A stretch of DNA of 64,000 nucleotides from a virus (lineage: Duplodnaviria; Heunggongvirae; Uroviricota; Caudoviricetes): IMG/VR virus record IMGVR_UViG_3300042905_002309, positions 105,278 through 169,277 of that record. The stretch is one strand, 5' to 3'. The translations under genes and the position numbers were made by a program. Shown one piece after another: positions 49,258 to 58,017 of this stretch. A model generated the notes under the pieces. That model was not told the origin of the DNA. It did not search any database and saw nothing but the letters and a program-made list of their open reading frames with translations. Within the stretch, counting starts at the first letter, position 1. The number at the start of each line of letters is the position of its first letter.

Positions 49258-49748
49258 ATTTTTTCTCCATTCAAAAGTTTAATAGCTTTGTCAGCTAACT
49301 CATCTGTAAGTCCAGTTTTATATGGATTAGTTTCAATAAATTCTTTATGGAAATAATCTTTAACTGAAAGATCATCATCTAAAATTACAAAGTTTTTATA
49401 AGGATTTAATTGTAAATAATCATAAATCTCTTTACCACGATATGCACAACCCGGTTCTACTGGCGTATCACCAATATAACGTTCTTTAACTTCTTTACCT
49501 AATTGTTTCCACATGTAATCCTGCATTTCTTCATGATGTCTCCATGTGGAACTTAATACCAATTTTGCACCAGTTTCTCTTAAAATTCGAATTAGAATAT
49601 CTACCTTATAAGGTTCAATACCTGTATATCGACGTTTTTGCATTCCCCAACCTGTATTTATATAATACGTAGGTGTACGCTCTTTGGTAAGATCGGTATT
49701 CAAAACTCCATCAATATCTAAAAAAACTATCTTATCTGTATCGGTCAT
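49254..49748 (-). CDS. HAD-superfamily phosphatase (Swiss-Army-Knife RNA-repair-like HAD type)
   Basis: FLDIDGVLN, LVLSSTWR, RGKEI, FVILDDD, TGLT. Confidence 0.88.
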   Translation of the reverse strand: MTDTDKIVFLDIDGVLNTDLTKERTPTYYINTGWGMQKRRYTGIEPYKVDILIRILRETGAKLVLSSTWRHHEEMQDYMWKQLGKEVKERYIGDTPVEPGCAYRGKEIYDYLQLNPYKNFVILDDDLSVKDYFHKEFIETNPYKTGLTDELADKAIKLLNGEKI

Positions 49749-50133
49749 TTAATTGTCCTCTTTTATAAACTTCTTTAAGTACATTTTCAGCAAGTCTATC
49801 ACACAAACGTTTATAAATCAAGCGAATATACTCATCATTATTTATAGCTTCATATCGATTTGGCAACTCAATAGTAATAGAATCTTCCATACTATTAATC
49901 GAATATTTGACTAATAACTTATCCTGAAAACACAAATGATCTTTATACACTTCGGCAACAAAATTAAAACTATTATCCTGAACCCTAATCTCTGATACAA
50001 TCTTTTTTAATGCAGCTTCTTCCATCTCTTTCAATAATCTTACTGAATCAGATGTAGGTGCTCTATTTACATTTATCGTATCTGGTAAATTATAATACTC
50101 AGTTGTTTTATGTGTGTCTATGTAGTCAAACAT
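49732..50133 (-). CDS. Hypothetical protein (133 aa)
   Basis: Coupled ORF; RAPTSDSVRLLKEME motif. Confidence 0.7.
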   Translation of the reverse strand: MFDYIDTHKTTEYYNLPDTINVNRAPTSDSVRLLKEMEEAALKKIVSEIRVQDNSFNFVAEVYKDHLCFQDKLLVKYSINSMEDSITIELPNRYEAINNDEYIRLIYKRLCDRLAENVLKEVYKRGQLNDRYR

Positions 50134-50146
50134 TATATCACTCTCG

Positions 50147-50245
50147 CTATCTGTTGTCTACAATCTCCTGAACATTATCACCAGCCCATTTTACAGCTTC
50201 AATAACTATTGCTCTTTTTCTATAACTTCTATTACATCTTCTCAT
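50147..50245 (-). pseudogene. Truncated fragment resembling N-terminus of the phage KKPVVIEAVQW-type family
   Basis: 32 aa: MRRCNRSYRKRAIVIEAVKWAGDNVQEIVDNR then TAG. Confidence 0.4.
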
Positions 50246-50247
50246 AT

Positions 50248-50523
50248 TTATTCCTCTATTATTACGTTAAACAATTTCTTAGCACATTCCTCACAAGCAG
50301 TATGATAATTTAGTAGTGGAAATCGTGAATCAACCATCTTAGCATCTTTAGTGCAACAGTGTCTACACTTTAGAATAATTAACCGTTTTTCTTTTGCATC
50401 TGTATAAGTACTCTTATGTGCATCAGCATCCATACCACTTTCACCAGCTATACATTCGTGTAACTTTACTGTATAAAATAATGGTTCTTTTCCTCGACAA
50501 CTTGGTGGTAATTGTATATTCAT
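50248..50523 (-). CDS. Cys-rich hypothetical protein (paralog A)
   Basis: LPPSC...CRHC...TACEECAKKLFNVIIEE. Confidence 0.7.
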   Translation of the reverse strand: MNIQLPPSCRGKEPLFYTVKLHECIAGESGMDADAHKSTYTDAKEKRLIILKCRHCCTKDAKMVDSRFPLLNYHTACEECAKKLFNVIIEE

Positions 50524-50811
50524 TTATTCCTCTATTATTACGTTAAACAACTCTTTCGCATGATCTTCACACGCAGTATATTTATTTAAAACCGGAACCC
50601 AAACATCCAACATTTTTGCATCCTTTTCACAATAATTACACTTCTTAGTGTAATATACAGGTCTACCTTCGAATAATGTATTCGTTACCTTTTCAACAGG
50701 GTTAATCCTATAGACATTATGTGCGGTAGATTCATCACCTGTAAAACATTCACACATACGCACTTTAATATAACTTGGGGTTTGTATGTTGCAACTTGGT
50801 GGTAATTCCAT
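50524..50811 (-). CDS. Cys-rich hypothetical protein (paralog B)
   Basis: LPPSC...CNYC...TACEDHAKELFNVIIEE; TAATG-coupled start at 50811. Confidence 0.7.
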   Translation of the reverse strand: MELPPSCNIQTPSYIKVRMCECFTGDESTAHNVYRINPVEKVTNTLFEGRPVYYTKKCNYCEKDAKMLDVWVPVLNKYTACEDHAKELFNVIIEE

Positions 50812-51041
50812 TATCCCCATATACCCCTCTTTATCTTTGCTTTTCTTAGAATGGGATAATATGCACCAACCCATTCAATAGGCTTTTCATCTAAAGTTTT
50901 ATTAAGTACCAAAGGTCCAATAAAATCTCTCCATGTCTTACAACGATTCTTAGCCTTCTTCTCAGTATCATATAATCCCAATATCTCAAGCCTTCCGCTT
51001 TTATGATACCTACATGCTAACCAATTAATTTGCTTTTTCAT
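50811..51041 (-). CDS. Hypothetical protein
   Basis: MKKQINWL...WVGAYYP; coupled ORF. Confidence 0.6.
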   Translation of the reverse strand: MKKQINWLACRYHKSGRLEILGLYDTEKKAKNRCKTWRDFIGPLVLNKTLDEKPIEWVGAYYPILRKAKIKRGIWG

Positions 51042-51042
51042 A

Positions 51043-51264
51043 TTAGACCTCTGTATCCTCATCTAATTCAACAAAATTTTCAATATGATAACCAACCTTT
51101 ATATTGCCACATGAATCTGCTATTACACAGTGTCCTCGCATATTTGGAATCTCTCCAAGAAATATAATACTGCCCCATAAACTTGTGTTTTCCTTTAAGG
51201 ATTCATCATTAAGTTTCACTAATGAATATTGTCTAGGAATTTTAATCTTCTTTTTTCTTTTCAT
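51043..51264 (-). CDS. Hypothetical protein (73 aa)
   Basis: FLGEIPNMRGHCVIAD..G.I..GYHIENF motif, a recurrent small phage protein pattern. Confidence 0.7.
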   Translation of the reverse strand: MKRKKKIKIPRQYSLVKLNDESLKENTSLWGSIIFLGEIPNMRGHCVIADSCGNIKVGYHIENFVELDEDTEV

Positions 51265-51533
51265 TTATTCTCCTGTTGTGCTTTCAACTCTTTCAACATC
51301 TCTGTATACTCTTTGCAAATATCTTCATCAGCCATTTTAATCTCATACTTACTCATATCTAATTTACCAAATTCTTCATCACTTTGTAATTCTTCTAATA
51401 GATGTTCATAATCACTAAAGGTAGGCTTTTTCTCATATCCACAGAAATGTACAATGTTTTGAAGACCTTCGGAAGTCTTTTCTTTCTCAACAACTATATA
51501 TCCATAATTAAACTTCATATCAAAATTTGCCAT
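51261..51533 (-). CDS. Hypothetical protein
   Basis: NIVHFCGYEKKPT...ELQSDEEFG; likely start 51533. Confidence 0.65.
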   Translation of the reverse strand: MANFDMKFNYGYIVVEKEKTSEGLQNIVHFCGYEKKPTFSDYEHLLEELQSDEEFGKLDMSKYEIKMADEDICKEYTEMLKELKAQQENK

Positions 51534-51534
51534 A

Positions 51535-51708
51535 TTATGCTCCACTTCCATCCCATTCTTCTTGTAATACTTCATACTTCTTTAGGTAATCACTGCGCTT
51601 TAATAACTCCCAAACACCATCCGAATGCTTAATAACTATATCACGTTCTTCGATAATGTCAACTATATTGCCATGACCATCATAAAATAATCCACCATAG
51701 AAATACAT
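51535..51708 (-). CDS. Small hypothetical protein (57 aa), not in ORF track
   Basis: ATG immediately after upstream TGA; MYFYGGLFYDGHGNIVDIIEERDIVIKHSDG... Confidence 0.55.
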   Translation of the reverse strand: MYFYGGLFYDGHGNIVDIIEERDIVIKHSDGVWELLKRSDYLKKYEVLQEEWDGSGA

Positions 51709-52569
51709 TCATGTTTCTCCTAACTTCTTAACATTTAAAAACACCTTAGAAATATCCTTAACATACTTCGGGGGCGCAGGATGATCTTCCAAAAACTCCC
51801 CAATACCCTTTATAACCTTACGCTTATCCGTCATATACCACCCACTTGAATGAAAATCCCCACACTCCATAATACTAAGCGTACCATTTAATTCACATAC
51901 GTCCATTACAAATACATCTGACGGAACCCAAATCTTACACATCTCTCGTACAAATTCATACACTCTCTCAGGTACATCAGCAGAAATTTTCAAATTGTGA
52001 CTAACTCTGTACTGACTTCCACTAATAGGTTCACCATTAATTACAAAAATACGCCACTCTGTATTAATATTAGACGCAGTAGCTACTATAATCTCTGTTT
52101 CATCGTTTACCCCATAGTCCTGTCCCTTTATAAGACTGTACCAAGACATGAAATTAACTGTATCTATCGTCAACCCTGCAAACTCTTTCAAATCTTTGTC
52201 AGGTCTTATAAATAAAGTCTCTATACCCTTGAAACAACTAGGACTGAAATCACGCATCTTCATATGAATTCCATCAGAATTAAACATGTGTGTACCATAA
52301 TTCTTCATGTAAATGTGATATCGGAAATTCTCGTTAAACCATATACACCAATCCTTTGTAACACGACACTTCTCGATAAAATTCGTTCCACCATAAGGAA
52401 TAACATGATAAGACTCTGTATCATAATCTGGTATGTTGTCGTATACAAAAGGTTTAATGTCTACTAACGCATACATATGTCCAGAAGAATTGATAGCAAA
52501 TCTTAAATCAGCAGTATCATCCTGATTCAAAAGATTAGCTTGTATCAAAAATAATGGAACTTTATTCAT
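51709..52569 (-). CDS. ATP-grasp protein, R2K clade (DUF4343-like)
   Basis: LFIRPDKDLKEFAG, EWRIFVINGEPISGSQY, FVMDVCE...IMECGDFHSSGWY. Confidence 0.82.
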   Translation of the reverse strand: MNKVPLFLIQANLLNQDDTADLRFAINSSGHMYALVDIKPFVYDNIPDYDTESYHVIPYGGTNFIEKCRVTKDWCIWFNENFRYHIYMKNYGTHMFNSDGIHMKMRDFSPSCFKGIETLFIRPDKDLKEFAGLTIDTVNFMSWYSLIKGQDYGVNDETEIIVATASNINTEWRIFVINGEPISGSQYRVSHNLKISADVPERVYEFVREMCKIWVPSDVFVMDVCELNGTLSIMECGDFHSSGWYMTDKRKVIKGIGEFLEDHPAPPKYVKDISKVFLNVKKLGET

Positions 52570-52768
52570 CCTTTTCCCTCACTGTACATATGTTATAACC
52601 CTCTTCGTTTAAAGATGTTACAAAGATGGGAAAGAATGGTGAAAGATATCCGCCTTGAGGCATACTTTTAATATTCTCAAATATATACCCAAATCCACAG
52701 TTAGAAGCATCTGCACAAATATCACGTTCTGGACACACATGACCTACAAATTTAATGTTCTTACTCAT
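52562..52768 (-). CDS. Hypothetical protein (68 aa)
   Basis: Coupled Cys-containing ORF. Confidence 0.55.
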   Translation of the reverse strand: MSKNIKFVGHVCPERDICADASNCGFGYIFENIKSMPQGGYLSPFFPIFVTSLNEEGYNICTVREKDE

Positions 52769-52893
52769 CTTTAAGCATTCCTTCTAATATCTTTATGTGT
52801 CTCTTATAATGTAATATTAACCGTTTGATATTAATTCTCTCTAAGGTTGATTGATTATTTTGAAGTGTCTTTTGACCCCAAACTAGTTTCTTT

Positions 52894-53091
52894 TTACTCA
52901 TCTTTCTCCTTATTCCTGTTAGCCTTCTCACTCGCACTCACAGCCGTTTTAATTATCCCAAGCATAGCATATTCCTTGAAATTGTCCACAGCTATTATTC
53001 GTTCCTCTTCCATTAACTCAAACATGTACCTAGCCCTTAACGTTCTATCAGGATTTACCACAGCTTCCCGTATCTTTTCCCATCGCTTCAT
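52894..53091 (-). CDS. Hypothetical protein (65 aa)
   Basis: Coupled ORF in leftward array. Confidence 0.55.
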   Translation of the reverse strand: MKRWEKIREAVVNPDRTLRARYMFELMEEERIIAVDNFKEYAMLGIIKTAVSASEKANRNKEKDE

Positions 53092-53094
53092 ATT

Positions 53095-53778
53095 TTATTC
53101 CTTTACTTTAGACTTTACCATATCCGCATACCCATATGCAATCCATTTCGCATACTTCTCTCCATCCTTAATTCCCTTCCCATACCACCCACATGAAAAA
53201 GCATGTTGATACTCTATCAAAACAATACTCCCATCTTCACACTCCCCCATATCTAAACATCCATATAACCCACTGAAATCTATCCCAAAACTTTCCAAAG
53301 CTGGTGAATCCTTGCACTCATCTTGTCCAGCATACCAAAACCCCTGCTCCAATTCGCTTCCTAAATAATACCTCCACTCATTCTTAACCTTTATAACATC
53401 TGAACATACATATGGTCCACGCTTCTTACGCCTATACCCACCATTCGTTACAAACCCTGTAAACCTCTTATACTCATCAGCAGGTTTAATGAATACTTTT
53501 CTACCTAAAGGCCATTCATCCGTATACCATATGTTTCGCTTTAATAAACTTTCAAAAGTATAATAATTCGGCTTCACCTTATATCCTAATACCCCCTGTA
53601 TAAACTTAATGTCACCTACTGGTATCATATCACTTTTAACGTCTTTTTCCGACGAAACCACAACATATGGTATACTTGCCAAAGAAGCTGACACAAGAAC
53701 AGTACTTTCTTCATACGCATGTAGGTTCTTTTTGTGAATGGCGAAGCCACGGTAATCTGTCGGTATTAGGTTATTCAT
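53095..53778 (-). CDS. Second ATP-grasp protein, R2K clade
   Basis: IPVGDIKF, VFIKPADEYKRFTGFV, SDVIKVKNEWRYY, LDMG...LIEYQHAFSCGWYG. Confidence 0.8.
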   Translation of the reverse strand: MNNLIPTDYRGFAIHKKNLHAYEESTVLVSASLASIPYVVVSSEKDVKSDMIPVGDIKFIQGVLGYKVKPNYYTFESLLKRNIWYTDEWPLGRKVFIKPADEYKRFTGFVTNGGYRRKKRGPYVCSDVIKVKNEWRYYLGSELEQGFWYAGQDECKDSPALESFGIDFSGLYGCLDMGECEDGSIVLIEYQHAFSCGWYGKGIKDGEKYAKWIAYGYADMVKSKVKE

Positions 53779-54344
53779 ATCTTTACTATAACTGGTTGTA
53801 TATCTTCCATAATATCACCCAACTTTACTAAAGTCAATACATCTTTTCTGTCTCGCCTTTGATAAAGCTTATAACCAGCCTCTTCCTTACTTACAAAAGT
53901 CTTGGTCACTCTTTTAGCTATAAAATCCACTAACTTTTGACGATTTATTAACCACATCGAATTGTTAAATATATAAGCAATATACACGGCTTTACCATAT
54001 AACCACCCAAGACGACCTGCTACATTTTTAAGCTCTATCCATACCCATTCTTCCATTAAATCTTTAGAATCACCCGAAAATGTTAACGTGCGCTTTGAAC
54101 TCTTAATGTCAATGGGAAACCTTATACCCTTATATGTAAGATAATAATCAATGTGATCATACATGTCTTCCTCAAATGAAGTCTTCTCAATACCCATACC
54201 ACGAACCTTTGCTATACTTCTAAAGATTTCATCAGAACTTAATGCAGTATTATAACACCTCTCAGGTACATTCTTATTAGCCTTAACTTGTTCTAAAATA
54301 TTTTCCATATCCATAAATCCTACCATAAATATCCAAAAAGTCAA
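53775..54344 (-). CDS. PD-(D/E)xK-type endonuclease-like protein
   Basis: EDMYDHIDY...IDIKSSKR...WVWIELKNVAGRLGWLYGKA. Confidence 0.7.
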   Translation of the reverse strand: MTFWIFMVGFMDMENILEQVKANKNVPERCYNTALSSDEIFRSIAKVRGMGIEKTSFEEDMYDHIDYYLTYKGIRFPIDIKSSKRTLTFSGDSKDLMEEWVWIELKNVAGRLGWLYGKAVYIAYIFNNSMWLINRQKLVDFIAKRVTKTFVSKEEAGYKLYQRRDRKDVLTLVKLGDIMEDIQPVIVKI

Positions 54345-54380
54345 CCTTGCTTTTTCAAAATACTGTGATAAGATATTTAC

Positions 54381-54560
54381 ATGATTAACTTAATACTATT
54401 TTTCTACTTCTACTTCGGTATAACCTTCGGCATATTCTCCTATGGTAAACAAATCGAAATGTACGGCTTCTACCCTCGTAGAAATATTTCCGCACTATTA
54501 CTCAATATGTTCCTATGGCCTATAACTTACCCTTTAGCTCTCTTTAAAGGTTATATATGA
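54381..54560 (+). CDS. Small membrane protein (59 aa), not in ORF track
   Basis: TTGCTT-16nt-TGa-TAAGAT promoter 6 nt upstream; two hydrophobic segments. Confidence 0.55.
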   Translation: MINLILFFYFYFGITFGIFSYGKQIEMYGFYPRRNISALLLNMFLWPITYPLALFKGYI

Positions 54561-54661
54561 ACCCTATGAACTTACTAGGTTATGTAATCTTAATAATAGC
54601 TGTATCCACTGCTGATATCTATCTATTACCTCTAGCTGTCGTTCTAATCTTACTCTGGTAA
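54557..54661 (+). CDS. Hydrophobic micro-protein (34 aa), not in ORF track
   Basis: ATGA overlap; MNPMNLLGYVILIIAVSTADIYLLPLAVVLILLW. Confidence 0.45.
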   Translation: MNPMNLLGYVILIIAVSTADIYLLPLAVVLILLW

Positions 54662-54666
54662 ACATT

Positions 54667-55458
54667 ATGACTAAAATCTGCTCCAAGTGCCACATCGAGA
54701 AACCTTTAGAAGAGTTTTATAAAGATAAATCTAAAATTGATGGAATTGATATATACTGTAAAATTTGTAATAAAGAGAAAAATAAAAATTATAGACAAGA
54801 AAACACCGAAAAAAGAAAATTAATAAATAAAAAATACTATAAAGAAAATAATAAAATTTTAAGAGAAAAACGTAAAAAACGATATAACAAAAATCCAGAA
54901 CAAGAAAAAATATCACATAAAAAATATCGTGAAGAAAATATAGAGAAAGAAAAACTTAGATGTCAAATTTATCACCAAAAGAATTTAGAAGTACAACATG
55001 AACGTCATAAGAATTACAGACAAGAGAATACCGAAAAAACTCGTACAAGACATAAAAAATACTATAAAGAAAATTCAAAAAAAATTTTAGAAGTTGGTTA
55101 TAAACGTAAAAGAGTAAGATTAAAGAATGACTCTTATTTTAAATTTAAAGAAGGTGTTCGGTCTATGTGTTATAGATTTAGTAAACACCCATCAACCCAT
55201 ACACATGATTACATTTGTTGTAGTTATAAAGAATTGTGGGAACATTTACAAAAACATTTTAAAGATGGTATGACTAAAGAAAACCAAGGAAAGGTTTGGC
55301 ACATAGATCATATTATACCGTTATCATTCTTTGATTTGAATGATCTAACAGAAGCTAAAATTGCTAACCATTGGGGTAATCTACAACCACTTTTTAAAGA
55401 AGAGAATCTTTCTAAACATGATAAAATTCCTGATAAACAAAATTTTCTATATATATAA
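54667..55458 (+). mobile_element. Free-standing HNH homing endonuclease
   Basis: CSKC...CKIC, repeated YRxEN helices, YICC...HLQKHFKDGMTKENQGKVWHIDHIIP...HWGNLQPLFKEENLSK. Confidence 0.87.
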
Positions 55459-55599
55459 TTTAGAAAAAATAATAAAAAAAATTTTTTAAAGCTATGCTAA
55501 TGTCCAGAACACCTAGTGGGTTACTAGGGTATATCTAATTATTTTTCACTGCTTGTCAAGCTTTTTATTGAAATACTTAACATTTCTTTTAAAGATAAT

Positions 55600-55628
55600 A
55601 AAAAAGGCGAGGGGGTTAGCCTCGCCTG
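55600..55628 (-). terminator. Rho-independent terminator
   Basis: AGGCGAGG-loop-CCTCGCCT with T run on minus strand. Confidence 0.85.
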
Positions 55629-55649
55629 TCAAGTCTTATCTCCTGTGGG

Positions 55650-56162
55650 TCAGACCACTAAGAACTCTTCCCCGTTCATGCGTACCGCTTTGATACGGTC
55701 AACCTTGTAGGTACGCACTACCACTTCCTTGTCAGTCCCCTGTGACTTGTTGACACTCTTAGCAGGTAGGTAGGGGGCGAGTACTGCCTTGTCAACCACT
55801 ACACCATTGACACGATACACTATCTCACTAGGCGCATTGGGGATGGAGAGTTGAATGGACACCTCACCATTCTTGGGGTTGAGGATGATGCCCTTGCCAA
55901 GGTTCTCACCCCATGTGCGACCCTGTGCCTCAAACGACCCTTCCTTGCCCTCACGAACCAATTGGCGATTGACACCTGCCTCATAGTCGAAACCAAACTG
56001 CCCTGTCAAGCTGGTGGTCTTTGTGACCTCATCCCCCGCCATGAGATAGGGGTTGCCTGTCTTCTTCATCTCGACAGGTGCGGTGTAATCCAAACCCACG
56101 AATGTATTGCCAACAACCGCTTCGAACATTCCAACCAACTCAACCTTGCTAATCGTCTTCAT
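55650..56162 (-). CDS. Conserved phage hypothetical protein (170 aa), GC-rich gene
   Basis: AAGGAG SD; MKKTGNPY, DYEAGVNRQLVREG, RTWG, QGTDKEVVVRTYK motifs. Confidence 0.85.
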   Translation of the reverse strand: MKTISKVELVGMFEAVVGNTFVGLDYTAPVEMKKTGNPYLMAGDEVTKTTSLTGQFGFDYEAGVNRQLVREGKEGSFEAQGRTWGENLGKGIILNPKNGEVSIQLSIPNAPSEIVYRVNGVVVDKAVLAPYLPAKSVNKSQGTDKEVVVRTYKVDRIKAVRMNGEEFLVV

Positions 56163-56282
56163 CTTTATAACTCCTTCTTACTTTGTTTTTACTCGTATCG
56201 CTTTCGATGTGAATACTATCTCATATCCTTAAACTTTATGCAACATTTATTTTAAAGTTTTCTTTTGTGTGGCAAGATGTGG

Positions 56283-56583
56283 TCGTCTATAGCTCATCCC
56301 TATTAAATAGTCAACAGACTTCACTTTTTCTAATGAAATATATAATTTGATTTCAACGCTTCACTACGCTATAGAAGATCGTATGCAACTTTTTGAATAT
56401 GTGGCAGGATTGTCGTCTATAACACATCTTTGAAAATTCTCCTAACATTCATTTCGAAATTTTAATGTTTTTTATTGAAGTCTTTGGAACGCTTCTCTAT
56501 AACAAAAAAGCTTTGAAACACCTACAGAAATCTTTTGAAATTTTAATGTTTTTTATTCAAGCGTTTTAAAGCTTTCTATAACA
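56283..56583 (-). repeat. Array of about 80-bp imperfect repeats (promoter-like units)
   Basis: CTATAACA at 56417, 56497, 56576; AAATTTTAATGTTTTTTATT at 56457 and 56538; GTCGTCTATA at 56282 and 56412. Confidence 0.8.
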
Positions 56584-56865
56584 CTTCACCCATACATCTG
56601 TCAACAATATACCACACAAATTGTATAAGTTTCTTTTGCTTTTCTCAACTTTTAGAATCGTCAGGAAGGTGTCTAGAATGCCTTGTGGTGGGTCTTTTAG
56701 TCGAACCTTCATCAGGGTAGGGGTAAACGTAAAAACAGCGTTTTATAAGGGGTATTCAAGTATTCTTAAAATTATGTTAAAGCTTTGTAGGGCATCCTAG
56801 AGGGTCTTTTTGAAGTGTCTCAAAGATGTCTCAGGTGATATGTGAGACAGATGTGATACAGACGC

Positions 56866-56895
56866 AAAAAATCCCCAACCTTTCGGAAGGGGATT
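56866..56895 (-). terminator. Rho-independent terminator after MoxR gene
   Basis: Minus strand AATCCCC-TTCC-GAAA-GGTT-GGGGATT-TTTT. Confidence 0.8.
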
Positions 56896-56919
56896 GTCTA
56901 CTAGTTCAGTAGAGGTACA

Positions 56920-58017
56920 TCAGGCTTTATGTCTACTGATCCACTTGATATACTCAGAGCTTCGAACGATTTCGGGAAAGTCCATCACAAGCTTATCCAT
57001 TGCATAACGTGCGATCTCGTTTGGAAAGCGTGAGATATAGGTAACAAGTGAAGGTGCAAGTTCAGTCTTTGTACGTGCATCATTAACCAGTACAGTTAAG
57101 AATCTATGACGTAGTGACAAGTCATCTGGGATAATGGCTTGTAGGGGATTTGAAGCCACTTCTTGAAGGGTTGGCAAGTCTTTCATCTCTTCCAAACGGA
57201 TGACTTCAATGGCACGATCTTTACCGATGACACCTGCTAGACAAGCTAATAGAACATCACCAAAATCTGAACCAGCTATTTTCAAAGCTTTGTAAGCCTT
57301 CAAAATGGCATTGGCAAACACTGCTGTACGCTTGTTACATACAGCCGATTCCACAAATTCATCACGAGTTTTAATCGGGTCAGCCTGAAACATTCGAATG
57401 ATGGATTCTTCAACACCTGTTGAACGCATATATTCGACATGATCATCATGAGCAGAGGCGACATTTTCAGACACATACAAGTGACAGAAACGACCTTTTG
57501 CATGTTCTGAAAGTTCCTGCGTATTGGTATCACTTCGACCATTACCCATACCCAAAACAAACATCCCATGAGGAAGGTTATGCCTATGGTCTGTACGATC
57601 AATGGCATACTTCATCATTTCAATCAAAGTCTGGTAATAAGCAGGGCGATCAATTTCATCCAACCGGAAAATGCCTTTTGCATCAGAAGGAAGCTGAATT
57701 GAAGAAAAATACTTCAAAACTTCCTCAGACGTTTTGACATCTAAACGAATGGCAGGAACACCATGAATATCTTCCGGTGACATCCCTGAAAGATTGACAT
57801 CCATTTGACACCACATATCACCAGTTGCCTTTGTCAAATCAACGCCTAAGTTGTTGGTAATGCCATTCTTACCGATACCAGATTGACCCCAAAGAATCGC
57901 CCCAAACCGTTCCTTTTGTCCACCTTTGTACTCAGGCATATAGGACTGAGCCATGACGCACAAGACAATGGCTTTTTTCGCTTTCGGCAGTGAGAGGTAT
58001 ATAACATTCGATTTCAT
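56920..58017 (-). CDS. MoxR-family AAA+ ATPase
   Basis: ILWGQSGIGKN, DVNLSGMSPEDIHGVP, FRLDEIDR, LGMGN, GRFCH, CNKRT, RFPNEIA. Confidence 0.88.
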   Translation of the reverse strand: MKSNVIYLSLPKAKKAIVLCVMAQSYMPEYKGGQKERFGAILWGQSGIGKNGITNNLGVDLTKATGDMWCQMDVNLSGMSPEDIHGVPAIRLDVKTSEEVLKYFSSIQLPSDAKGIFRLDEIDRPAYYQTLIEMMKYAIDRTDHRHNLPHGMFVLGMGNGRSDTNTQELSEHAKGRFCHLYVSENVASAHDDHVEYMRSTGVEESIIRMFQADPIKTRDEFVESAVCNKRTAVFANAILKAYKALKIAGSDFGDVLLACLAGVIGKDRAIEVIRLEEMKDLPTLQEVASNPLQAIIPDDLSLRHRFLTVLVNDARTKTELAPSLVTYISRFPNEIARYAMDKLVMDFPEIVRSSEYIKWISRHKA

